A stretch of DNA of 64,000 nucleotides from an uncultured Lachnospiraceae bacterium (GTDB lineage Bacteria; Bacillota; Clostridia; UBA1381). The position numbers and the translations under genes were made by a program. Position 1 is the first letter of the stretch; every line of letters starts with the position of its first letter. Shown one piece after another: positions 48,427 to 57,900 of this stretch. The notes beneath the pieces were generated by a model, which was not told the DNA's origin, did not search any database, and saw only the letters and a program-made list of their open reading frames with translations. The stretch lies in contig CAYUSE010000001.1 in assembly GCA_964447095.1 (NCBI GenBank), positions 4,576 to 68,575 of the forward strand. Reading direction: 5' to 3'.

Positions 48427-48494
48427 AAGAAGAATATAGAAGATTAAAAAGAAAATTTTGAATAAGAATATAAAGTTGTTATTGGTAAAATCTA

Positions 48495-48523
48495 TTGAAA
48501 ATTATTTTGATGTAATGTATAAT
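48495..48523 (+). promoter_or_regulatory. Near-consensus sigma-A promoter for the exporter/giant-protein operon
   Basis: TTGAAA (48495-48500), exactly 17 nt of spacer, then TATAAT (48518-48523), ~75 nt upstream of ATG 48598. Confidence 0.55.
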
Positions 48524-48597
48524 ATTTACATAGAAGGGATGCATAGAACTGACATCAGAAAACACTGATAATTTTTCTTGTCTTTTGGAGGAAGGTT

Positions 48598-49740
48598 ATG
48601 AAAAAAATATATATACTTTTAATTTCTGTCTTTATATTATACATACTGTGCGGCTGCGGAGGCAATCCGCTGACACAAACTGTAAAAATTGCCGTTATGG
48701 GAAATCAGGCTGATTTTTATCCCGGCTACAAAGAGGGTATTGAGAGAGCGGTAAATGATTTGAATAAGGAATATGCCGACAGCGGATGTACCGTAGAATA
48801 TGAATTTTACAATGATAACGGAAATTATGAGAAAGGCGCGGCTATTATTGATACACTCGCATCAGATAAAAGTATTACGGCTGTTATCGGAGCAGTGGAT
48901 ATGGATATAAACAAAACCGCCGCTCATGTTTTTAACGAAGCGGAGAAGCTTTTTGTTATTCCGTTTTTTCTCTACGATAGTGTGTATGAGGATAATTATT
49001 ATGATACAGTGTTTTCGTTGTGTAATTCGGCAAAAACGGTCGGAGATATACTGCGCGGCGCGGCGGCGGATACAAAAGCCAAACGTTGGGCGGTATGTGC
49101 GGCAGAAGGTGAGTTTGAACGCACGGAAATGAACGGATTTTTGCAAAACAGTGCGGCAGACGGTATTGCAGTTGTTGACTGTGCGAGTATGTCAATGCTT
49201 GTAAATCAATTTGATGAAGTCTATAAGTATTGGGATATTTTAGGCGTTGAGGGTGTCGTAATGTTTCCCTCAGGCAGTGAGGGCTTTGATATTTTAAAAA
49301 AAATAAAGAAAAAAAATCCCGATATTATTTGTGCGGGAGATACTGCTTTTGACAATAGTGTAGTTATGGATAATGATCCTGAGCTTCTGGCAGCAATGAA
49401 CGGATTTATAATGGCGGACGAATTCATGCTGCGTAATGAAGCTGATGGTGAGAACAGTTTAATTACAGATATGGAAGAAGAATACAAACAGAAAACAGGG
49501 AACGATTTTGACGTATGGTATATCCAGGCATATAATGCCGTGAGAATGATTGCTGATACAGCAATACAGAATCGGGTCTTTAATTCTGCGGATATAGCAA
49601 AGCTTCTGCACGAAAATGATTACAATGGCTTATATCAGCGTTTTAAGTGTGATGAAAAAGGATTGCAGGTCACGGACGTATTTAAATACAGCGTAATGGA
49701 TGAAAGGGGATACTTCGAGGAATATGAATTGAAGGATTAG
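48598..49740 (+). CDS. Orphan lipoprotein with a type-1 periplasmic-binding-protein fold (LivJ/Peripla_BP_6-like)
   Basis: Signal peptide plus lipobox (LYILCGC/GG). KIAVMGNQADFYPGYKEGIERAVNDLNKEY...ITAVIGAVDMDINKTAAHVFNEAEKLFVIP resembles branched-chain-amino-acid-type binding proteins. No cognate permease or ATPase of that type is nearby. Confidence 0.6.
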   Translation: MKKIYILLISVFILYILCGCGGNPLTQTVKIAVMGNQADFYPGYKEGIERAVNDLNKEYADSGCTVEYEFYNDNGNYEKGAAIIDTLASDKSITAVIGAVDMDINKTAAHVFNEAEKLFVIPFFLYDSVYEDNYYDTVFSLCNSAKTVGDILRGAAADTKAKRWAVCAAEGEFERTEMNGFLQNSAADGIAVVDCASMSMLVNQFDEVYKYWDILGVEGVVMFPSGSEGFDILKKIKKKNPDIICAGDTAFDNSVVMDNDPELLAAMNGFIMADEFMLRNEADGENSLITDMEEEYKQKTGNDFDVWYIQAYNAVRMIADTAIQNRVFNSADIAKLLHENDYNGLYQRFKCDEKGLQVTDVFKYSVMDERGYFEEYELKD

Positions 49741-49748
49741 GTGAAAAT

Positions 49749-50630
49749 ATGCAAAATTTATTCAGAAAAGAAGCGCTTGAAAGCTTTTCTTCAAACAACG
49801 GAATTACTAAGGGGATACGCGCGGTAAGCATTAAAGCAGTGATTTTTACGGTTTTGATTGCAGTATGCTCAGCAGCCTTTGCTGTGTGGCTTGTGTTCGG
49901 AACGGTTTATGAAACTGTATCCGTAAGCGGAGTAATATGGCCCGCGGAAAATAACGGCGGCGTGTATGCAAAATCCGGAGGAGTTATAACAAAGACGGTC
50001 GTTGCTTCGGGTGACATTGTGAAAACGGGAGATATTCTCGCCGTAATTCCGCAAGAAGATATTTTAACAAAAATAAAAAATAAAAAAGAGAGCGGCGCTG
50101 CGGACGAGGAGCTTAATACGCTGTATGACGCATACGACAGACTTTCCGTGGCACGCTCGAATATTGATGGAATTGTGACGAATATTGCCAATGAAAATAT
50201 TTGTATAAACAAAGGTGATAAAATAGCAGAGGTTGTGCCGTACAGTGAAGACGGCAATAATAAAATACTGACTGCGTTCATTCCTTCTGACAAAAGCGGT
50301 CTTGTAAAGCTTGGAATGGAAGCTCAGGTAATGCCTGATTTTGCTCCGCGCGAAAAATACGGATATATAAAAGCATATATTTCAGGAATTTCATCTTATT
50401 CTGTTACGGGGCAGAGCATAAAAGACTCAAACAGTGAACTGTTTTTATCAGAGTTTGACGAAAGAGAAAGCTATATACAGCTTGAAATAACACTTGTATC
50501 GGATGCAAATGCTCAGAGCCGGCTGAAATGGTCAAATCCTAACAGCGGAAGTACAGATGTTGCTATGGGAACGGTATGCGGAGCAGACATAGTAATTAAA
50601 AAATGCCGTCCGTATGAATGGTTGTTTTAG
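49749..50630 (+). CDS. HlyD-family membrane-fusion / bacteriocin secretion accessory protein
   Basis: N-terminal FRKEALESFSS followed by a single TM (AVIFTVLIAVCSAAFAVWLVF). Lipoyl-like hairpins are present (GGVITKTVVASGDIVKTGDILAVI and GIVTNIANENICINKGDKIAEVVP). It sits 9 nt upstream of the C39 ABC gene. Confidence 0.7.
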   Translation: MQNLFRKEALESFSSNNGITKGIRAVSIKAVIFTVLIAVCSAAFAVWLVFGTVYETVSVSGVIWPAENNGGVYAKSGGVITKTVVASGDIVKTGDILAVIPQEDILTKIKNKKESGAADEELNTLYDAYDRLSVARSNIDGIVTNIANENICINKGDKIAEVVPYSEDGNNKILTAFIPSDKSGLVKLGMEAQVMPDFAPREKYGYIKAYISGISSYSVTGQSIKDSNSELFLSEFDERESYIQLEITLVSDANAQSRLKWSNPNSGSTDVAMGTVCGADIVIKKCRPYEWLF

Positions 50631-50639
50631 GAGGGCATT

Positions 50640-52781
50640 ATGGAGAAGGTAAAAAAGGTACGTCCCATACTGCAAATGGAAGCGACTGAATGCGGCGCAG
50701 CATCGCTTGCCATGATTTTAGGCTATTACGGCAAGACTGTAACGCTTGAGGAGCTAAGGCGCGAGTGCGGAGTATCGCGAAACGGCGTAAACGCGAAAAG
50801 CATTGTAAACGCGGCGCAGTATCATGATTTAAACCCGAGAGCTTTGCGCGTGAATATTGAAGGTGCGGAAAGAGTAAAAACACCTGCGGTCATACATTGG
50901 AATATGGACCATTTTCTTGTGCTTTGCGGATTTAATAAACGCGGCGCAGTGCTTGCAGATCCGGCATACGGGATTAGGACCGTAAGCATGGAGGAATTTT
51001 CAAAATCTTTTACCGGCATTGTAATAGAGCTTACTCCTGCAGAGAATTTTAAAAAAGATAAGGGAGGAAAAAATGCAAATGATTACATAAGCTTCTGCGT
51101 AAAGAGTTTTTTGCCGAATATATTTTATTTTATACTGCTTGAATTATGCGCAATTATAGGAAGCGGCGCGGTATTGTTTTTAAATTCCGTGTTCATAGAT
51201 AAAATTCTTATCGGTGAGAACACGCAGAATTTAACGATTATACTTAAAACGCTTTTATGCGCAGGATTTATAACAGCGGCGGCAGCTATACTTAATACGA
51301 ATATTAGGCACAGGATAGGCAAACAGCTAAATATGAAGATAAATTCGGGATTTATTGAGCGTATGCTAAGGCTGCCGGTTGAATTTTTTGCGCAGCGAAG
51401 CGAGGGAGATTTGGCAAACTGTCAGAATGCGAATATGCAGATGGGCGCGAAGCTCAGCAGTATGATGTCGCCTGTACCCGGATATATAATGCAGATTATT
51501 ATATATTTTATATTGATTGCCGTATTGGACGCGCATATTGCTTTTATAGGAATATTATGCGCGTCGGCAAATATTTGTGCAATGATAATAAGTTCTCAAA
51601 AATATGAGGAAAAGATGCGTTCCTACAGCCGTGATATGGGCGCTTTGCAGAGCGATATTTCACAAACGATTGATATGATTGAAACAATAAAAGCCTGCGG
51701 CGCTGAAGACGCTGTATTTGCTCGGCTTATGGCGGCGGGTACGCAGACAGTTAACACAAAAACCCAGATTGACAAAACAGGAGTATATACAACCGGTTTG
51801 TTTTCCTTTTTAAATGCTCTCGGCGCAGGCGCTGTGTTAATTGCCGGTATATGGAAGATACTTGCCGGTTCTATGACTATGGGTATTCTGATAGCGGCGC
51901 AGGCTTTTGTCGCGGCAATGCTGGAACCCTTGGGAGATGCAGTAAATGCAGGAATAGAAATGCAGACCTTAAAGGGCGAAACAGCGCGTACAAATGATGT
52001 TATGCACTATAACGAGGATGATAAATTCCTTGATGACAGCATTGAACAGACAAAAGAAATTGACGGAGATATTGAACTGAAAAATATCAGCTTTGGCTAC
52101 AATCCGCTTGACGCACCGCTTATAGAAGGATTTAACCTTGTGATAAAAAAGGGCGGCAGTATTGCGATTACAGGAGCAAGCGGCAGCGGAAAATCCACAG
52201 TTGCAAAAATCATTGCGGGGCTTTACCGTGAGGATAGCGGATGTGTTACCTTTAACGGCACGTTAAGAAAGGAAATAAATCATTATTATTTTTATTCAAA
52301 AACAGCAGTGGTAAGTCAGAATATACGGCTGTTTGACGGTACGGTGCTTGACAATATAACAATGTGGGATGACAGTATTCCTTATGACGAAGTTGTTGCG
52401 GCGGCAAAGGCGGCGTGCATACATGACGATATAATAGGCAGAAGAAACGGCTACCGTGAAATTGTTACGGAAAACGGCAGAAACTTTTCAGGCGGTCAGC
52501 GGCAGCGTATTGAGATAGCGCGCGCTCTCGTAAAAAAACCGTCCGTAATTATAATGGATGAAGCAACAAGCGCGCTTGATGCAGATACTGAGGAAACCGT
52601 TATGAATAATATAAAAGCAATGGGAATTACTCGGATAGTTGTTGCTCACAGACTGTCAACAATTATGGACAGTGATGAAATCATAGTTATGGAAGACGGT
52701 AAAATCTCCGAGCGCGGAACACATGACGAGCTTATGATGAAAAACGGCGCATATTGTGCATTGGTAAGGAGTGTGGGATAG
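50640..52781 (+). CDS. Peptidase-C39-domain ABC exporter (bacteriocin/peptide-cleaving, ATP-binding and permease)
   Basis: The N-terminal C39 domain has the catalytic Cys in LQMEATECGAASLAMILGYYG and His in VIHWNMDHFLVL. A 6-TM domain follows, with Walker A GASGSGKST, signature FSGGQRQR and Walker B VIIMDEATSALD. Confidence 0.9.
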   Translation: MEKVKKVRPILQMEATECGAASLAMILGYYGKTVTLEELRRECGVSRNGVNAKSIVNAAQYHDLNPRALRVNIEGAERVKTPAVIHWNMDHFLVLCGFNKRGAVLADPAYGIRTVSMEEFSKSFTGIVIELTPAENFKKDKGGKNANDYISFCVKSFLPNIFYFILLELCAIIGSGAVLFLNSVFIDKILIGENTQNLTIILKTLLCAGFITAAAAILNTNIRHRIGKQLNMKINSGFIERMLRLPVEFFAQRSEGDLANCQNANMQMGAKLSSMMSPVPGYIMQIIIYFILIAVLDAHIAFIGILCASANICAMIISSQKYEEKMRSYSRDMGALQSDISQTIDMIETIKACGAEDAVFARLMAAGTQTVNTKTQIDKTGVYTTGLFSFLNALGAGAVLIAGIWKILAGSMTMGILIAAQAFVAAMLEPLGDAVNAGIEMQTLKGETARTNDVMHYNEDDKFLDDSIEQTKEIDGDIELKNISFGYNPLDAPLIEGFNLVIKKGGSIAITGASGSGKSTVAKIIAGLYREDSGCVTFNGTLRKEINHYYFYSKTAVVSQNIRLFDGTVLDNITMWDDSIPYDEVVAAAKAACIHDDIIGRRNGYREIVTENGRNFSGGQRQRIEIARALVKKPSVIIMDEATSALDADTEETVMNNIKAMGITRIVVAHRLSTIMDSDEIIVMEDGKISERGTHDELMMKNGAYCALVRSVG

Positions 52782-54915
52782 CGTGCATACAAAATTAAGA
52801 GAAGAAAACGAGAAAATACAAGAAAAAAACTATAAAGCATCAGCACGCGCATACGAAAATATGAATGCGGCGCTTATTGGTGAAACTGACCTTGACGGGG
52901 TTAATGCAGTCCTGAAATTTTTAAATATAAAGGAGCGCGTTGACGGCAGTCTTTCGACTTCGGAGCAGCTTAAATTTATAGAAGAAAAGTTTTTTATTAA
53001 GATGAGATACGTGGAGCTTGACGAGGATTGGTATATAACGGCGGCAGTTCCGATGCTTGTAAAAACTGATGAAGGACGCTGGCTTGCTGTGATACCAAGG
53101 GCTGACGGAACATGCTGCTGTATAGATAACGGCAGAAAAATAAAGGTAACGCATAAAAATGCAGGACTGTTTACAAACAGTGCAATGTATTTTTATAAGG
53201 TAATGAAAAGCGATAAAATCACAATGCGGGATTTGTTTTCGTTTATGGTGAAATGCATATCGAAAAAAGGCATGATTGCCGTTCTTGCCGCGTCAGTGTT
53301 TACAGCTTTTGCGGGAATGCTTGTGCCGTGGGCGAACAGCTTTATATTTTCAAGGATAATTCCCGCAGGTGAAATATCGGGAATAGCGGCAGCGGCTGCG
53401 CTGATACTTTCTTCTGTGCTTGCCGCGGCAATACTCGGACTTTTGCAGTCGCTTATTCTTACCAACTCAATGCTTAGGACGGATACATACATTCAGAGCG
53501 CAGTATTTTCCCGTGTTTTGTCGCTGAGGACAGAGTTTTTTAAGACTGCAAAGTCAGGCGAGCTGTCACGAATGATAACAGAATTTTCCGATATAACAAA
53601 AATTGTATCCGTAAGAGGCATAAGCGCGAGTATCAGCATAGCGCTGTCGCTGGTATATCTTATACAGATTTATATATATGCTCCGGAACTGTTCGGAGTG
53701 GTTATATTATTTTCCGTTCTGCTCTGTGTAATGATGATTGCGGAGAGTGTGCTGAGTTCAAAATGGATGAGAAAATATTCTTCTTCGCTGTCGAAGATGT
53801 CAGGCTTTTGTTACGAGCTGTTTTCAGGCATTGAGCAGATAAAGCTGAACGGCGCGGAGGCAAGAATGATGCGCCGGTGGAGCGAGCGTTATCTTGATGC
53901 GTCGCTAAATGAGGATAAGCCGTTTTTGCTAAAATATTCGGATGTATTTTATAAGCTGATAAGGTTATTTACAACTGCCGTTATATTTCTGCTCGGCATG
54001 CGGCTGACTGCTTCGGACTATATTGCATTTTCATCGGCGTATGGAGCATATACCTCGGCAAGTGTAGGAGCAGCGGTTATTATACAAATGATTGCGGGTT
54101 TCCGTTCTGCATATTCGCTTATAAAGCCTGTACTTTATGCGGAATGTGAGGAATACGGCTCTGAAAAAAAGAAGCCTGAAAGGCTGAACGGCGAAATTAC
54201 GGTATCAGATTTGCATTTCCGCTACGATAAAGACTCGCCCTATGTTTTAAACGGTCTGTCAGTACATATACGCGCAGGTGAAAGCGTGGGAATAATAGGT
54301 ACATCAGGATGCGGAAAATCAACATTGATAAGATTACTGCTTGGCTTTGAGAAAGCAGAGAAGGGCAGCATCTACATAGATGGCTTTGACCTGAGGGAGC
54401 TTGATTTAAAAAGCTGCCGTCAGAAAATCGGAGCCGTTCTCCAGAATACAGGGCTAATATCGGGAGATATTTATTCAAATATCACGATAACGAAGCCGGC
54501 TGCAAGTATGGAAGAGGTGGCGGAGGCTGTGGAAACGGCAGGGTTAACCGACACTATAGCCGCTCTGCCTATGGGTTTGCATACACCTGTAAGTCAGGAA
54601 AACTGTACTCTTTCGGGAGGACAGCGGCAGAGAGTGCTTATTGCAAGAGCGATTATCGCTAAACCGTCAATTCTAATTTTTGACGAAGCGACCTCAGCGC
54701 TTGACAATATCACTCAGGCGAAAATAACGGAAGGTGTAAACAAGCTTGATTGTACAAAAATTATTGTTGCGCATAGATTGTCTACAATCGAGAGCTGTGA
54801 CAGGATTTTAGTTATGGATAAGGGGGTGATTGTGCAGGAAGGAACATGGGCTGAGCTGAAAAAAACTGATGGATTATTTAAACAGCTTGAAAAAGCAAAT
54901 TATCAGTTAAAATAA
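52771..54915 (+). CDS. Second ABC exporter (permease plus ATPase) lacking a peptidase domain
   Basis: The ~150-aa N-terminal region has no C39 Cys/His motifs. A TM domain follows, with Walker A GTSGCGKST, signature LSGGQRQR and Walker B ILIFDEATSALD. The GTG at 52771 overlaps the upstream gene; the in-frame GTG at 52783, 1 nt after the upstream stop, is better spaced from AAGGAG. Confidence 0.85.
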   Translation: MWDSVHTKLREENEKIQEKNYKASARAYENMNAALIGETDLDGVNAVLKFLNIKERVDGSLSTSEQLKFIEEKFFIKMRYVELDEDWYITAAVPMLVKTDEGRWLAVIPRADGTCCCIDNGRKIKVTHKNAGLFTNSAMYFYKVMKSDKITMRDLFSFMVKCISKKGMIAVLAASVFTAFAGMLVPWANSFIFSRIIPAGEISGIAAAAALILSSVLAAAILGLLQSLILTNSMLRTDTYIQSAVFSRVLSLRTEFFKTAKSGELSRMITEFSDITKIVSVRGISASISIALSLVYLIQIYIYAPELFGVVILFSVLLCVMMIAESVLSSKWMRKYSSSLSKMSGFCYELFSGIEQIKLNGAEARMMRRWSERYLDASLNEDKPFLLKYSDVFYKLIRLFTTAVIFLLGMRLTASDYIAFSSAYGAYTSASVGAAVIIQMIAGFRSAYSLIKPVLYAECEEYGSEKKKPERLNGEITVSDLHFRYDKDSPYVLNGLSVHIRAGESVGIIGTSGCGKSTLIRLLLGFEKAEKGSIYIDGFDLRELDLKSCRQKIGAVLQNTGLISGDIYSNITITKPAASMEEVAEAVETAGLTDTIAALPMGLHTPVSQENCTLSGGQRQRVLIARAIIAKPSILIFDEATSALDNITQAKITEGVNKLDCTKIIVAHRLSTIESCDRILVMDKGVIVQEGTWAELKKTDGLFKQLEKANYQLK

Positions 54916-54935
54916 AAAAGAGGAGGAAAAGCAAT

Positions 54936-57900
54936 ATGCAAAAAAGGTTGAAAAGGTTGTTGAGCGGCTTGCTTGCGGTAAGTATGCTCGCATCCGTTGC
55001 TCCCGCTGCGCTTGCCAAAGAGCAGGCTGTAAGCGGAGCATCAGAAATTTCATTTTCGGCGGCAAAATATAATGTGTCGGAAAATGATGGAAAAATTAAA
55101 ATAAAAATCGTCCGTAAAGGCGGAAATGACCGTTCTGTTGAGGTCGCATTCAAAACCGCAGACTTTACAGCGGAGTACGGTATGGATTATATCGTTTTTG
55201 ATGAGGACGGAAACGAATTGCCTATGGCAGACGGTATTACGCCTAGCGAGAGCGAGTTCATTGAAACGAGAGGCAAGAGTGTTTTAAGCGAAACGGATAA
55301 GGAAGAGTCCGAAATTGATAACCTTGAGCCGACAGAAGAACCGGAAAAAGACCAGCCCTCAACTGTTATCGGTGAGAATGGCACGGTTGAAGAAATTGCC
55401 GCTCCCGTTGACACGGCAGAACAGGCGGAAACGAAAAAAGCTTCCACAGGCTCCGCACTTTTGGACGCGCAGGCAGAATATTTAAATCTGCCTGCTGAGA
55501 ATGATAATACAAGTGCGGCGGTTGAAAATATTCTTACCGATGTAAATAAATATTTTCAGGAAGCGCAGGGCGCTGTCGGAGTAGTTGCTTTCGAGGAGGG
55601 TGAAACAGAAAAAGAAGTTACAATCAAGCTTATCGACAACGATATTCCTCAATCGGATAAAATTGTTTTGCTGTCGCTTATGGGAGTAAACGGCGATGAA
55701 GAAACTTCGCTTGCCGCAAATCCCACATCATATATAAATATTATGGATGATGAAGAGTACGAAACTCCGATTATTGAGCCTGATACAAATGAAATCACGC
55801 TGTCGGAGGATAATCCCGGCTATGAACTTATTCTTTCAAGAACAAGCGGAGTGGATTACTATACCTCCGTTCTTGTTTCAACAGTCAAGGGTACCGCGCA
55901 GGAAGGATATAACTATGATAAAATTGAAAACTCGAGCGTGTCATTTGCGCCGGGCGAGAAAGAAAAGAAGGTTAAAATTTCAGCGGAAAATTTCGGAGAT
56001 GAAATGAGCTTTGGCATACGCCTTGAAAGCGACGGAACGTGTGAGATTTCAGATGAATACATAACTGTTACAATGTCGGCAAAGCCGTCGGAGAACAGTG
56101 ATGCTCCGTCGGATGCAAATTCATTGCAAAACGGTGATGTTTCACTTATGTTGGCAGAAGATAATGCGCGTTTGGGAAGCGTTATCGGAACAAGTACAAC
56201 AACTAAAAGACTTGATGATTTTAATTTTGTACACGGTCCGAGTACGGGAAAACAGGACGGTTATCACCGAACATCATGGAACAGCAGCTCAAGCTGGACA
56301 GATTATTATGTATATGAAACATACAAGAAAAGCGGCAGAACATGGGTAGCGGAAAATGCGCTGAATGTGAGCGGCGTTGACAAGATAAATTTATGGCATC
56401 AGAATGACGGAGACTATAACGGACGCTGGGCAGCGTATCATATATTTATTGAGCTGCTCAGAAGCTGGGATAGAAATAATTATTCCTCCGGCGGAGACAA
56501 AAATATCCGCAAGGACGGAAGACACGGCTGGACGAGCGATGATATGGATGTATCAAGTCTTAATGGCGAGTATTACCTGCGTTTCGGTGTCAGAAACGAC
56601 GGCTATGCTTCGGATAACGGCAGAGCGTGGCTCGGCAATCCGGTAACGCTTACATGGCATCAATACAATCTGAACATTCAGAATAAGCAGGTATTTAACC
56701 GTCTTTCATACGATTACGCCGACAAAACCGGCGAGGCGCTGAAAATTGCGTACACTGACGGCAAGGACGATTATGACTATATTCCGTCTGTAAAAATTGT
56801 GAATAACAGCGGCAATGAAATAAGCGGCTTTTATGCAAATGCAAATCAAACCATAAAGCCCATTTCAAACAATCCGAGCCTGGACACAAAATACGGAATA
56901 GAGCTTGAGGGCGTATATCTTTATACAAAGGATAATGACAGTCTTTATAAAAAAGACAGAACATATCCTTATGCAGACCATTGGTATGAAGACAATACTA
57001 TCTGGGTACCTGCAAGCGGTGTGAAGGCAGATCAAAGTCTTGCGGAGAAACTTACCTCAAAGTTTGGCAGTAAATCAATAAAGGTTATGCCTAAGTTCAG
57101 GCAAAAAACCGTTACACTTAATATACATAATACGGACAACGAAAAAACATATATTGCCAATATGAACAGCAAAAGCGCGGAAAGCTATCGTGACTGGGGC
57201 GCTAATGGATATTATAATCAATATACATTCCCGATATATTCGCAAATTAAGGTACGCGCAGTTGCAGCAAAGGGCAAGACGGTTACAGGCTTTAATATTG
57301 ACCTTTGGTCACAGCCGACAGACAAAGACCCGATTTATTCCGACAGCAGCGCGCCGGAGAGAATGACGTATACTCTGACGGAGAATATGAGTTTTTATCC
57401 GAGAACGGAAAATCAGGGAATGAATGCGGCATATATGCCGGGGGCGGATAAAGTAATAAATGATTTGTCGGGTCGTGTATTTACCCAACCGTCTGCGGGA
57501 GAAAGCGGCAGCGATATTAAATATTCGGATTTAAACGGAAACCTTAATATTCAGACTGTTTATCCCGGTATGCTTTGGACAATGCGCGCAACGGCTCCGG
57601 ACGGATATTATGTAAAATGGACAAACGGAACGGGAGATATTAAGAACGTAAACGGAAAAATTGATGTAAGCTCAGACCCGAATATCAATGAAGAAACGGA
57701 AAACACCAAAAAGTTTAAAAACCTGTACACTCCTGTTTACGGCGATATTATGTCAGGAACAATAGTGCAGAACAATACAAAGTATTACTATGAGTTTGTA
57801 AAGAACGGAAATGAAAACGGCAAAGTACAGGGAAAGGTATTGCGCGAAAAAGGCAGCTTTTACGATGTGGTTTGCAATAAGAATCTGCAATTAGCGCCGG

